Shown piece by piece: positions 17,968 to 26,943 of a stretch of DNA of 64,000 bases. The notes beneath the pieces were generated by a model. That model worked only from the letters and a program-made list of their open reading frames with translations. It was not told the origin of the DNA and ran no database searches. The stretch's first letter is position 1. Each line of letters opens with the position of its first letter. Location: positions 11,445-75,444 of the forward strand of contig JAZQWJ010000075.1 of NCBI GenBank assembly GCA_045632285.1, in the 5' to 3' direction. The position numbers and the translations under genes are program-made. The stretch is from Eubacteriales bacterium. Lineage in GTDB: Bacteria > Bacillota > Clostridia > Oscillospirales > CAG-272.

Positions 17968-19256
17968 TTAAAAAATTCCTCCAATTCTGCAATGTTTACG
18001 GTGTTTTCTTCACGGGTAGCAAGATTTTTGATCTTGACAACGCCACTTTCCAGCTCGCTGGCGCCCATGATCAGCACGTGGCTGTAATGATCCTTGACGG
18101 CATAGTCGATCTGCTTGCCAAATTTCTTGGATCCAAGGTAAAGCGCGGATTTTACACCTGCGTTCAGCAATCGGTCCTTCAGGGCGACGTACTGCTCATA
18201 GGGCACGTCGTCAAAGCGGGTAACAAGCACCTTCGTGCCCTCGTTATCCAGATCGGGGATCAGGTTGTGGGTGACAAGAAAGTTTTCCAGCGTAACGTCG
18301 CCCATGCCGTAGCCAACGCCCGAGATCTTGGCGTTCTTGACAAAAAGACCCACAAGGTTATCGTAGCGGCCGCCGCCAAACATAGCGCGGTTGTTTTCGG
18401 GGGCAAGATCAAAAACCTCAAATACGGTGCCGGTGTAGTAATCCAGGCCGCGGATGATTCCAAAATCAAACATACAGTACTTGTCCAGTCCGATCTTTTC
18501 CAGCGCGTCAAACAGGGCGGTCAGCTCCTTTGCACCCTCGGAATCGGGGCAGAGAGCGGTGGCCTCCTTTACGCTCATAGTGTACAGTGCGTCAATACGC
18601 GCGATCTGCTCTTCGGAAAGACCCAGTTCTTCCATTGCGTTCTCATAGGCGTCTCGGGTGATCTTGTTCTTGCGGTCAACCACCTTCGAAACCTTTTTGG
18701 CGCCGTCGGCATCGGTGTTGCAGATGGCGGCGATCACGTCGTTAAAGAAGCGGCGGTTGTTAATATGCACGCGGAACATCGTCTCGTCCGCGCCGTAGGC
18801 GCGAAGCACGGCGATGGCGCTTTGCAAAACGTCCAGATCTGCCTCAAAGGTGTCACAGCCGAAAATGTCTACGTTCAACTGCCAAAACTCGCGCAGTCTG
18901 CCGCGCTGAGGACGCTCATAGCGATACATATTGGAGATGCAGAACCACTTCAAGGGATAGTTCAGCTCGCCCATCTTGCCGGCGACCATGCGGGCAACGG
19001 TGGGGGTCATCTCGGGGCGGATGGCCAGATTGCGGCCGCCGCGGTCGGTAAAGTTATAGGTCTGCTCCTTAGCCAGCTCCTCGCCGCTTTTGGCGGCGTA
19101 AAGATCCAGAGATTCCAGCATCGGGCCGTCGTATTCGTCAAAGCAAGCGGCCTCCAAAGCCTTGCGGATCTTGCCAAAGAACCAGCCGCGCAGCTTCATC
19201 TCGCGGGGGTAAAAATCACGTGTGCCCTTATAGGGCTGAACAGAAAGCTTTTCCAT
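17964..19256 (-). CDS. hisS: histidine--tRNA ligase
   Basis: 430 aa class-II synthetase with the GGGRYDNLVG motif and a C-terminal anticodon-binding-type domain. It is distinct from the HisZ paralog at 52878. Confidence 0.92.
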   Translation of the reverse strand: MEKLSVQPYKGTRDFYPREMKLRGWFFGKIRKALEAACFDEYDGPMLESLDLYAAKSGEELAKEQTYNFTDRGGRNLAIRPEMTPTVARMVAGKMGELNYPLKWFCISNMYRYERPQRGRLREFWQLNVDIFGCDTFEADLDVLQSAIAVLRAYGADETMFRVHINNRRFFNDVIAAICNTDADGAKKVSKVVDRKNKITRDAYENAMEELGLSEEQIARIDALYTMSVKEATALCPDSEGAKELTALFDALEKIGLDKYCMFDFGIIRGLDYYTGTVFEVFDLAPENNRAMFGGGRYDNLVGLFVKNAKISGVGYGMGDVTLENFLVTHNLIPDLDNEGTKVLVTRFDDVPYEQYVALKDRLLNAGVKSALYLGSKKFGKQIDYAVKDHYSHVLIMGASELESGVVKIKNLATREENTVNIAELEEFFK

Positions 19257-19324
19257 TTATGTCGTCCTTCCTTGCGTGTAGTATTTACATGATAAATTAT
19301 TATATCATAAAAAAGTGCGGCTGT

Positions 19325-20107
19325 CTACATCTTTTGCTTTTTTTCTGATTTTTGTGTGCGATATGCAGTGGGCGAAAGCCCATACCGCAACTTAAAGCGG
19401 CGGGCAAAGTTTGCATAATCGGCAAAGCCTGCGGCGCTCAGCACCTGTCCAATGGGCAGATCGGTCAGCATCAGCATATTTTCCGCGTAGGAAAAGCGTA
19501 CGTCATCCAGATATGCCTTAAAGCCCTTGCCTGTTTGCTTTTGAAACAGATCTGAAAAATAGGCTGTGGAAAGCCCCAGGTGGCGTGCGGTCTGCTCCAG
19601 CGTGATGCCCTCGGCAAAGCGGCTTGTGATAAAGCCGATGGCACGGTGAACGTACGGAGAGGGAGCGGGGGCCGTGTCGGGAACGGTCAGTGCCAGCTTT
19701 TGCAGAATACATCGCAAAAGCGTCAACGCATAGTGCCGATCCTCGGCGGCGGTCAGTTCGGTGAGCAGCGCAACAAGCAGCGTGTGCGCCTCCTCGCTTG
19801 GTCGGTGCACGACGGCGCCCCTTGTCAAAGAAAGCATCAGGTCGTCCGGGTCGCAGGTAAACATCAGGTTAAACAGCTCCATATCGCTGTTCTTTACGGC
19901 GTGGACGTTGGCGGGGGAGAGCAGGATCACGGTGCCGCCGCAAACGTCGTGCTCCACACCGTCGATCACATACGTGCCCCGACCGTCCAAAATATATTCC
20001 AACTCATAAAAAGTGTGTCCGTGTGTGGGGCAAGCGCCCGAAAAGTGCTTGCGCGAGGCGGAAAGCACGCGGTTTGGGATGTGATTTTCTTTTTGCAGGA
20101 TTTGCAT
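19325..20107 (-). CDS. AraC-family transcriptional regulator
   Basis: 260 aa with an N-terminal cupin-like sensor and a C-terminal double-HTH region (GFADYANFARRFKLRYGLSP). It is divergent from the GH38 gene. Confidence 0.85.
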   Translation of the reverse strand: MQILQKENHIPNRVLSASRKHFSGACPTHGHTFYELEYILDGRGTYVIDGVEHDVCGGTVILLSPANVHAVKNSDMELFNLMFTCDPDDLMLSLTRGAVVHRPSEEAHTLLVALLTELTAAEDRHYALTLLRCILQKLALTVPDTAPAPSPYVHRAIGFITSRFAEGITLEQTARHLGLSTAYFSDLFQKQTGKGFKAYLDDVRFSYAENMLMLTDLPIGQVLSAAGFADYANFARRFKLRYGLSPTAYRTQKSEKKQKM

Positions 20108-20242
20108 ACTACCACGCTCCTTTCAAGAGTATCTTATCACAATATCTAAAAAAACGCAACATCTTTCCAACAAAATGCTATTTTCAAGCAGCAGCTTGCT
20201 GTGGTAAGATAAACTCAACGGCCGTAAAAGGAGGTCTGTAAT

Positions 20243-22612
20243 ATGAAAACCGTACATCTGATCGGTAATGCACACCTGGATCCCGTTTGGCTTTGGCGCT
20301 GGCAGGAGGGATTTGCCGAAATAAAAGCAACCTTTAAGAGCGCCCTTGACCGTATGCGCGAATTTGAGGATTTTAAATTCACTTCGGCCTGCGGTGCTTA
20401 TTATATGTGGATCGAAAAAAGCGATCCCGCTATGTTTGAGGAGATCAGACAGCGGGTAAAGGAGGGGCGCTGGGAGCTGACAGGCGGGTGGATGATCCAG
20501 CCCGATTGTAATATTCCGTGCGGAGAGTCCTTTGCGCGTCACGCCCTGATCACACAGCGTTATTTTGCCGAAAAATTCGGTAAGATGGCCGAAACCGGCT
20601 ACAACGTGGACTCCTTCGGGCACAACGGCAGCTTGCCGATGATCCTCAATCATAGCCGTATGAAGCACTATGTGTTTATGCGGCCCGGCCCCCACGAAAA
20701 GGAGCTGCCAAGCGATCTGTTTTTGTGGGAAAGCGCCGACGGAAGCCGCGTAACGACACACCGCATCCACAAGCGCTACGGCATCGTGGATCGTACCTTT
20801 GATACCTTCCACGATATCGCTGCCAAGCCGGGAGATACGGATGAAATGGCATTTTACGGCGTGGGCAACCACGGCGGCGGCCCTACCGTAGAGCTGCTTG
20901 ACCGTATGCACGTCGAGCTGGATGGACGCTTTGTTTATTCGACAACGGGGGCGTATTTTGCCGCACAGGATACCTCTGCTCTGCCCGCGGTGCGGGACGA
21001 CTTGCAATACCACGCCAAGGGCTGCTACAGCGCCTTCAGCGAGATCAAAAAGAGCAACCGCACAGCCGAAAACAAACTGCTTTGTGCCGAGCGACTGTCG
21101 GTGCTGTCGGCGCATTTGATGGATACACCCTATCCCGCCGAAGCCTATGGGCGTGCTTGGTACAACGTGCTGTTCAATCAGTTCCACGATATTCTGGGTG
21201 GCTGCTCCATCCGCGGGGCCTATGAAGACGCGCGCTGTTCTCATGGCGAAAGTATGGCCATCGCCGACCGTGAGCAGAATTTTGCCATACAGCAGATCGG
21301 CTGGAATATCCATACCGTTATGGGGGATATTGGGGATCACGTGACCGCAGAGGAGGCCGAGCGCATAGGGCTGCCCATCGTGGTGTTCAATCCCCACGCT
21401 TATCCCGTTACCTCTGCCGTGCGTGTATCAAGCCAAAATTTCGGCAAGGCAAACTTTACGTATGTTACCGACGTGTCGGGCAACGCACATCCTGTTCAGC
21501 GGGTGCGTGCTCCTCGCACCAATGGTGGCAGCGACCATTATGATAATCTGTTTTTGGCCACAGTGCCGGCCCTCGGTTATACCGTTTATCGCGGACACAC
21601 CGCACCGTTTGAGGGGGAATTGTTACAAAATCCCTTTACCGTTGGCGAGAATTTCGTGTCAAACGGCTATATTCGTATGACCTTTGATGCAGACGGTGAG
21701 CTGTGCAGTCTTGTTGACGAGGAGAGCGGCAAGGAACTACTGAGCGCCCCCGCACGTTTGCGCCTGTGCAATGACGAGAAGCACGATACCTGGGCACACG
21801 GCATCGAGGCTTTTGACGAGGAACTGCCGCTGAACGTGACCGGCAGCTTTCGTATAGCGGAAGCGGGTCCTGTGCGTGCTGTGGTGCGCACCGAGCAGGA
21901 ATTTGGCGGCAGCCGTATGGTACGTGAGTATATCCTGACCGCGGAAGCGTATGCCGTTGAGGTGCGGGCTATGGTGGATTATCACGAAAGGTTCGGCATT
22001 TTGAAATTGGTCTGGCCCACCGCAGGGGAAGAGAAATGCTATGCCAAGATCCCCTTCGGGCATATCGAGCGCCCCACCGATGGCACCGAGCAGGTCTGCG
22101 GTGATTGGATCGCGCTGGGCGAGCTTGCCGTTGCCAACGATTGCAAGTACTCCTTTGACGCCAAGGACAACGAGCTTTCGCTGACCGTGCTGCGCAGTGC
22201 GCTGTTTGCCGATCATTACGGCAAGCGGGATGAATATTGCGAGCATATGGAGCAGGGCGAGCATCGCTTTGCCTACAGCCTTGCGCCCTTTTCGGGCTTT
22301 TCCGCCGTACAGCGGCAGGCAGATATTTTGCAAATGCCGCTCGCTGCTTACGCAGAAACCTTCCACCGCGGCAGCTTGCCCGCAACCTTCAAGGGGGTGG
22401 CGATCTCGGCCGAAAACGTGACCGTCACGGCCGTCAAGGCGCACGTGTCGGGAAGGGGGACTGTGATCCGTTTCCTTGAGACAGCGGGTAAGGATACCAC
22501 CGTGCGTGCAGAGCTGCTTGGAACGGGATTTGAATTTTTCATCGGTCACAATGCCGTTAAGACACTGTGGTTGTGCGACGGTGCCGTTACCGAAACCGAT
22601 TTTGTCGAATAA
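20243..22612 (+). CDS. GH38 alpha-mannosidase
   Basis: 789 aa with the N-terminus HLIGNAHLDPVWLWRWQEG, which is typical of GH38. Confidence 0.85.
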   Translation: MKTVHLIGNAHLDPVWLWRWQEGFAEIKATFKSALDRMREFEDFKFTSACGAYYMWIEKSDPAMFEEIRQRVKEGRWELTGGWMIQPDCNIPCGESFARHALITQRYFAEKFGKMAETGYNVDSFGHNGSLPMILNHSRMKHYVFMRPGPHEKELPSDLFLWESADGSRVTTHRIHKRYGIVDRTFDTFHDIAAKPGDTDEMAFYGVGNHGGGPTVELLDRMHVELDGRFVYSTTGAYFAAQDTSALPAVRDDLQYHAKGCYSAFSEIKKSNRTAENKLLCAERLSVLSAHLMDTPYPAEAYGRAWYNVLFNQFHDILGGCSIRGAYEDARCSHGESMAIADREQNFAIQQIGWNIHTVMGDIGDHVTAEEAERIGLPIVVFNPHAYPVTSAVRVSSQNFGKANFTYVTDVSGNAHPVQRVRAPRTNGGSDHYDNLFLATVPALGYTVYRGHTAPFEGELLQNPFTVGENFVSNGYIRMTFDADGELCSLVDEESGKELLSAPARLRLCNDEKHDTWAHGIEAFDEELPLNVTGSFRIAEAGPVRAVVRTEQEFGGSRMVREYILTAEAYAVEVRAMVDYHERFGILKLVWPTAGEEKCYAKIPFGHIERPTDGTEQVCGDWIALGELAVANDCKYSFDAKDNELSLTVLRSALFADHYGKRDEYCEHMEQGEHRFAYSLAPFSGFSAVQRQADILQMPLAAYAETFHRGSLPATFKGVAISAENVTVTAVKAHVSGRGTVIRFLETAGKDTTVRAELLGTGFEFFIGHNAVKTLWLCDGAVTETDFVE

Positions 22613-22623
22613 CGCTTTTCCTC

Positions 22624-22652
22624 TTTACAACCGCCCAAGGATATGATAAAAT
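22624..22652 (+). promoter_or_regulatory. probable promoter of the HD/membrane/unknown cassette
   Basis: TTTACA at 22624-22629, a 17-nt spacer ending TGa, and TAAAAT at 22647-22652. Confidence 0.55.
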
Positions 22653-22681
22653 AGTATCATAACTTGGAAAGGGGAATTGCA

Positions 22682-23296
22682 ATGAATTACCAGGCACCAA
22701 ACACCGAATGGAGCGACCGCAAGGAACGCTTTATCTCCATTTTCAAAGAAAAGATCCATCGCGAGGGCGCAGACAAGCTGCTTGCCTATTTAGAAAACTC
22801 CGATTTCTTTACCGCCCCCGCCAGCACCCGCTATCACGGCGCTTATTTCGGCGGCCTTTTAGAGCACAGCCTAAACGTTTACGATTGCCTGTGTGACTAT
22901 CTGGCTCGCCCCCGCGTAAAAGAGCAATACGGCTTGGAATTTTCTGAGGAGAGCGTAGCCATCGTGGCGCTTTTGCACGACCTTTGTAAGGTGGATTTTT
23001 ATGTGGAGAGCACCCGCAACGTCAAAGAGGACGGTGTGTGGAAGACTGTTCCGTACTACACCATTGACGACAAGCTCCCCTACGGACACGGCGAAAAGTC
23101 GGTCTACATTGCCTCGGGATATATGCGCCTCACCCGCGAAGAGGCCTTTGCCATTCGCTATCATATGGGCTTTTCGGGCGAGGAAAACGTGAATACCGTT
23201 GGCTCGGCCTTCGCCAAATTTCCGCTTGCCGTGGCGTTGTTTACTGCGGATATGGAGGCCTCGTATTTCGTGGAGGGCTTTCAGGATAGAAAATGA
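22682..23296 (+). CDS. HD-domain phosphohydrolase (uncharacterised subfamily)
   Basis: 204 aa from MNYQAPN. Contains the motifs STRYHGAYFGGLLEHS, ALLHDLCK, GHGEKS and YHMG. Confidence 0.75.
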   Translation: MNYQAPNTEWSDRKERFISIFKEKIHREGADKLLAYLENSDFFTAPASTRYHGAYFGGLLEHSLNVYDCLCDYLARPRVKEQYGLEFSEESVAIVALLHDLCKVDFYVESTRNVKEDGVWKTVPYYTIDDKLPYGHGEKSVYIASGYMRLTREEAFAIRYHMGFSGEENVNTVGSAFAKFPLAVALFTADMEASYFVEGFQDRK

Positions 23297-24114
23297 GCGA
23301 TAACGTAGAAAAAACTCGCCCCGTTGAGGGGGATATTGCACAATTCAAAGCCGATCTGACCGAAAGGGAAGAGTGGGAAGAGGATTTTGAAGGAGCCCCC
23401 CCTTATGAAGAGACGTTGTGCGAAAATAACGACAACGTATGCAAAAAGATCAGCATTTTTCGCAAATTTTTCAGTCGCGACGGTTTTCCGCGCCTACTGA
23501 TCCTGCTCCGATATCTTTTCCCTTTGCTTACAGGCGTCGTGCTGCTTTGTCTTTCCTTTGGAGAACTGTTTGAATTCTATCAAAGTGTGACCGTCGGCAC
23601 CATTTCGCTTTTTGGACTTTACAAGGCCACCTTTGCCACGGCATTCCGCGCCTTTGGGGCGGTGACAGACAGCACCTTTATCTGGTATGCCGTGCTGCAG
23701 CTGATCGGTGCGCTGATCGGTGCACTGGCGTTTCTTGCGGCCGCTGTTCTTTCGGCTTTGGCTGCCGTTGCCGCTTATCGCACCTTTGCAAACCGCCCCA
23801 ACAGCGCAATAGGAAACCGCATGAAGGTCATCTTTAAATTTGCTTTTCCCAATCGTATCTGTCTTTTCCTGTCTAATGCGGCGTATCTTTTGTTTGTTGC
23901 GTTTCCGTATTATTTTTCTTTTGTGCTGGAACGGTTTTACTATATGGGTATCGAGCCGGAGCCGCCCATCTATGTCAAAAGCCATCCCACCTTTTGGGTC
24001 GTGTTAGCCCTGACGCTGATCACACTGGCTTTGGCTATTGCTTCCGCTCGCTTTGAACGGCAAAAACGTATGAATATGTTTGTAGTCGAATACGATGAGG
24101 AGAACGAGCAATGA
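23293..24114 (+). CDS. polytopic membrane protein, unknown function
   Basis: 273 aa with an acidic N-terminal about 50 aa followed by several TM segments. The start overlaps the HD gene stop (ATGA). Confidence 0.7.
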   Translation: MSDNVEKTRPVEGDIAQFKADLTEREEWEEDFEGAPPYEETLCENNDNVCKKISIFRKFFSRDGFPRLLILLRYLFPLLTGVVLLCLSFGELFEFYQSVTVGTISLFGLYKATFATAFRAFGAVTDSTFIWYAVLQLIGALIGALAFLAAAVLSALAAVAAYRTFANRPNSAIGNRMKVIFKFAFPNRICLFLSNAAYLLFVAFPYYFSFVLERFYYMGIEPEPPIYVKSHPTFWVVLALTLITLALAIASARFERQKRMNMFVVEYDEENEQ

Positions 24115-24986
24115 GAAATTATCTGGTGGAGTTCTTTCGTGATTTTGCGTATGAGGATGCTGACGCCACTGTGCTGCTGTCGGCATATGACCGTATTTCA
24201 GAAAGGGCAGATACCGCCGCCGCGTGGCAAGAGATGATAAGCGTCTATGAGGCGGATATCAATTGCGACTATAAGGATCTGCTCAAGCGCGCCGATGCCG
24301 TTGCCGAGCAGCTTGCGCTGCATCCCTACACGCTGGAGCTTTTGTTGTTTATCTGTCTTTCCAAGCACACCAAAGAGCTGTATAAGGCACGCGGACTTGA
24401 CCTTGAGATCTATCATAACTCTATGCTTGATCTGAAATATAAGCTGGAGGAATGCAAGCTGGTACGCGGCGTTGTGGGCTCCTTTGTGGCAAGCTGGTTT
24501 GGCGGTTTTTTCGATCTGACACGCTTTGCCCTTGGCCGTTTGCAGTTTGAGCTGATCGATTTTGGCTTTGAATACGAAAAGGACGGCAAGTGTTTGTTGC
24601 CCGGTGACCGCGTGATCAACGTGCATATCCCACGTACGGGCACGCCGATGGACAAGGAAAGCTGCGATGCTGCCTATGCCCGCGCGGTTGAATTTTTCAA
24701 GAATGAGATCAATGGCCCGATCGCCTTCTATTGCAGCTCGTGGCTGCTGTATCCGCCAAACAAAGAACTGCTCTCTCCGGGGTCCAATACGTATCGTTTT
24801 CTGTCGCAGTACGATATTCTGGCCTCCGGTATCGACAAGGGGGGCAGCAACCTCTGGCGGTTATTTGATACCGATGAAAAGCATCCGGACCGCTTGCCTG
24901 CCAACACCTCTATGCGCCGTGCCTATGTGGAGCATTTAAAAAAAGGCGGCTTGCTTGGATGGGGGAAGGGCGTATTTTTTGCATAA
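24111..24986 (+). CDS. uncharacterised soluble protein (possibly the family annotated as acyltransferase-domain/GNAT-like; from recollection only)
   Basis: 291 aa. The start overlaps the upstream stop (ATGA). Sequence landmarks are RVINVHIPRTG and FYCSSWLLYP. I can see no catalytic motif with certainty. Confidence 0.65.
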   Translation: MRNYLVEFFRDFAYEDADATVLLSAYDRISERADTAAAWQEMISVYEADINCDYKDLLKRADAVAEQLALHPYTLELLLFICLSKHTKELYKARGLDLEIYHNSMLDLKYKLEECKLVRGVVGSFVASWFGGFFDLTRFALGRLQFELIDFGFEYEKDGKCLLPGDRVINVHIPRTGTPMDKESCDAAYARAVEFFKNEINGPIAFYCSSWLLYPPNKELLSPGSNTYRFLSQYDILASGIDKGGSNLWRLFDTDEKHPDRLPANTSMRRAYVEHLKKGGLLGWGKGVFFA

Positions 24987-25005
24987 GCCTCCCAAAGGAG
25001 AAAAG

Positions 25006-25042
25006 AGGAGGGCGCAGCACCGTAACGGTGCTGCGCCCTCCT
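25006..25042 (+). terminator. strong terminator hairpin after the cassette
   Basis: 17-bp perfect stem aggagggcgcagcaccg / cggtgctgcgccctcct with a 3-nt loop. The T-run (gatttt) begins 8 nt downstream. Confidence 0.65.
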
Positions 25043-25094
25043 TCGCTTGATTTTAACAATCACAAAATAAGAGATTCTTTTTTTGAAAAAAGAT

Positions 25095-25108
25095 GTTGAC
25101 AAATCAAC
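25095..25108. promoter_or_regulatory. palindromic operator candidate O1 (overlaps the -35)
   Basis: GTTGA-CAAA-TCAAC inverted repeat. Confidence 0.45.
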
Positions 25109-25124
25109 TTCTTTGTGATATACT
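25096..25124 (+). promoter_or_regulatory. sigma-A-type promoter of degV
   Basis: TTGACA at 25096-25101, a 17-nt spacer ending TGa, and TATACT at 25119-25124. Confidence 0.65.
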
Positions 25125-25131
25125 GTTAAAC

Positions 25132-25145
25132 GTTGACAAGTCAAC
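25132..25145. promoter_or_regulatory. palindromic operator candidate O2 (between the -10 and the RBS)
   Basis: GTTGAC-AA-GTCAAC, a perfect 6-2-6 inverted repeat with the same half-site as O1. Confidence 0.45.
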
Positions 25146-25158
25146 TTTTGGAGGAGCT

Positions 25159-26034
25159 ATGAACGATTATGTGATTTTTACCGATTCTGCCTGCGATCTC
25201 TCGTCTGCTGTGTTAAAGCAATGGGGCGTGCAGAGCGTGCCAATGACCTTTATGTTTGACGATTTTAAGATCGAGTGCTCGGCTAATTGCGTCAATATTC
25301 CCGCCTTTTATCAAAAAATGCGCGAGGGGTGTCTCGTTACTACGGCCGCCGTCAATTCCGAAGGCTTTCGCGTGGAGTTTGAGGACGCTTTGCAGCAGGG
25401 GAGAGACGTCTTATATATCGGTTTTTCCTCGGGCCTCAGCTCCACCTTCAATGCGGCATTTGTAGCTGCGCGCGATCTGAAAAGAGAATATCCCGAAAGA
25501 AAGATCCTGGCAGTGGATTCTCTTTGCGGCTCGGCGGGGCAGGCACTGCTTATCCATTTGATGTTGGAGGAAAAGCGTAAGGGCGCAACGGTCGAGCAGG
25601 CTGCTGCATTTGCACAAGAGCTGCGTCAAAGGATCTGCCACTGGATCACTGTCGACGATCTCGCCTATCTGCGTCGCGGCGGACGCATTGGCGGGGCGTC
25701 CGCGCTGCTTGGAGGGATGCTTGGCATCAAGCCGATCCTGCGCGTCGACCGCAAGGGCAGGATCGTCAGTGCGGGCAAGGTCAGGGGCAGAAAAAAGGCG
25801 ATCGACGCCTTGGTCGATCGTTATGGCGAGCAAACGGCACGGCGCTCGGACGGAACGGTGTTTATCTCTCATGCCGATTGCAAGGAGGATGCGGCCTACC
25901 TGGCCGCACGCTTGCGCGAGCGATATAATGCCGATGTCAGGCTTGTAACCGATATCGGCCCCGTCATCGGTGCCCACGGCGGCCCCGGAGCGCTTGCGCT
26001 CTTTTTTGTGGGGAAAAACGAGAGGGGAATGTAA
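25159..26034 (+). CDS. DegV-family fatty-acid-binding protein (FakB-like)
   Basis: 291 aa from MNDYVIFTDSACDL with GGAGG upstream. The DegV-type N-terminus and length fit the family. Confidence 0.88.
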   Translation: MNDYVIFTDSACDLSSAVLKQWGVQSVPMTFMFDDFKIECSANCVNIPAFYQKMREGCLVTTAAVNSEGFRVEFEDALQQGRDVLYIGFSSGLSSTFNAAFVAARDLKREYPERKILAVDSLCGSAGQALLIHLMLEEKRKGATVEQAAAFAQELRQRICHWITVDDLAYLRRGGRIGGASALLGGMLGIKPILRVDRKGRIVSAGKVRGRKKAIDALVDRYGEQTARRSDGTVFISHADCKEDAAYLAARLRERYNADVRLVTDIGPVIGAHGGPGALALFFVGKNERGM

Positions 26035-26065
26035 AAAAGCAGACCGCGTGGCGGTCTGCTTTTTT
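26034..26065. terminator. bidirectional terminator
   Basis: Stem gcagaccgc / gcggtctgc flanked by an A-run and a T-run, between convergent genes. Confidence 0.75.
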
Positions 26066-26828
26066 ATGTGTTGCGATAGCCCACGGGGGTCATGCCCACG
26101 ATCTTTTTGAAGTTGCGGTTAAAGCTGCGCAGCGAGTCAAAGCCGCAGTCGTAGGCAATATCCAGCACCTTTTTGGGGGTGTTTTTCAGCAGATACATAG
26201 CTTCGTTGATGCGGTAGCGATTGACGTGATCGGTAAAGGACAGCCCTGTGCATTGCTTGAAATAGCGGGAAAGATATACGCCGTGATAGGCAGTCTCCGC
26301 CGAAAGCGCTTCAAGGCTGCAATCGCGGTTGAAGCGCTCCTCTACAAAGGCGAAAATGCGCATCAACAGGTCAGCCTTGGTGTTTTCGCGCTCGCGATAA
26401 ACAGCTGTTTTGTCAAAGACGGCACAAAGCGAGTAAAGCAGACCCTTGACCTCCAAAATGCCGGTCTGCTGTGTGCGCAGCTCGGCCAATTTTTGCAGGT
26501 AGAAGCTGTCGGGCAAAAACAGATTGCTTTCGGGGAGCTTGTGGCGGAATGTACCGCCAAAAGCGCGGATCAGCTGGGGCGAGAAGATGCAGACCAGATG
26601 GTGGCTGTGCGCCTCGGTATAAAAGGAATGGGGCTGATTGGGAAAGATCAGCAATGCCTTGCCGGGGGTCAACGCGTATTGCATTTTGTCTACCGTGACC
26701 GTCAGCACGCCCTCGGTGACTGTCACCAGCTCAAAACTGCCGTGCAGATGAGTGGGGAAACTGAAATCTCGTCCCGTTTCTACCTTGATCAGATCGCTGT
26801 GCAGCGAATTTTCGGATTGATAAAACAT
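26064..26828 (-). CDS. AraC-family transcriptional regulator
   Basis: 254 aa from MFYQSEN, with a cupin-like N-terminus and a C-terminal HTH (GFDSLRSFNRNFKKIVGMTP). It is divergent from xylB. Confidence 0.85.
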   Translation of the reverse strand: MFYQSENSLHSDLIKVETGRDFSFPTHLHGSFELVTVTEGVLTVTVDKMQYALTPGKALLIFPNQPHSFYTEAHSHHLVCIFSPQLIRAFGGTFRHKLPESNLFLPDSFYLQKLAELRTQQTGILEVKGLLYSLCAVFDKTAVYRERENTKADLLMRIFAFVEERFNRDCSLEALSAETAYHGVYLSRYFKQCTGLSFTDHVNRYRINEAMYLLKNTPKKVLDIAYDCGFDSLRSFNRNFKKIVGMTPVGYRNT

Positions 26829-26943
26829 ATGCACCTCGCCAAAACAGGTTAAAATATGTCTATATATTATACAAGCTTTGACTTGCTTTGTCAACCGCCT
26901 TTTTGTAAAATGAAAATAAAGAAGGCTGCAGGAGGACTACAGT

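Noticed and set aside
19257-19324. A T-box leader expected upstream of hisS.
   Set aside because: Only 68 nt separate hisS from the upstream AraC gene stop, and no T-box core (GGTGGTACCGCG-like) is present.
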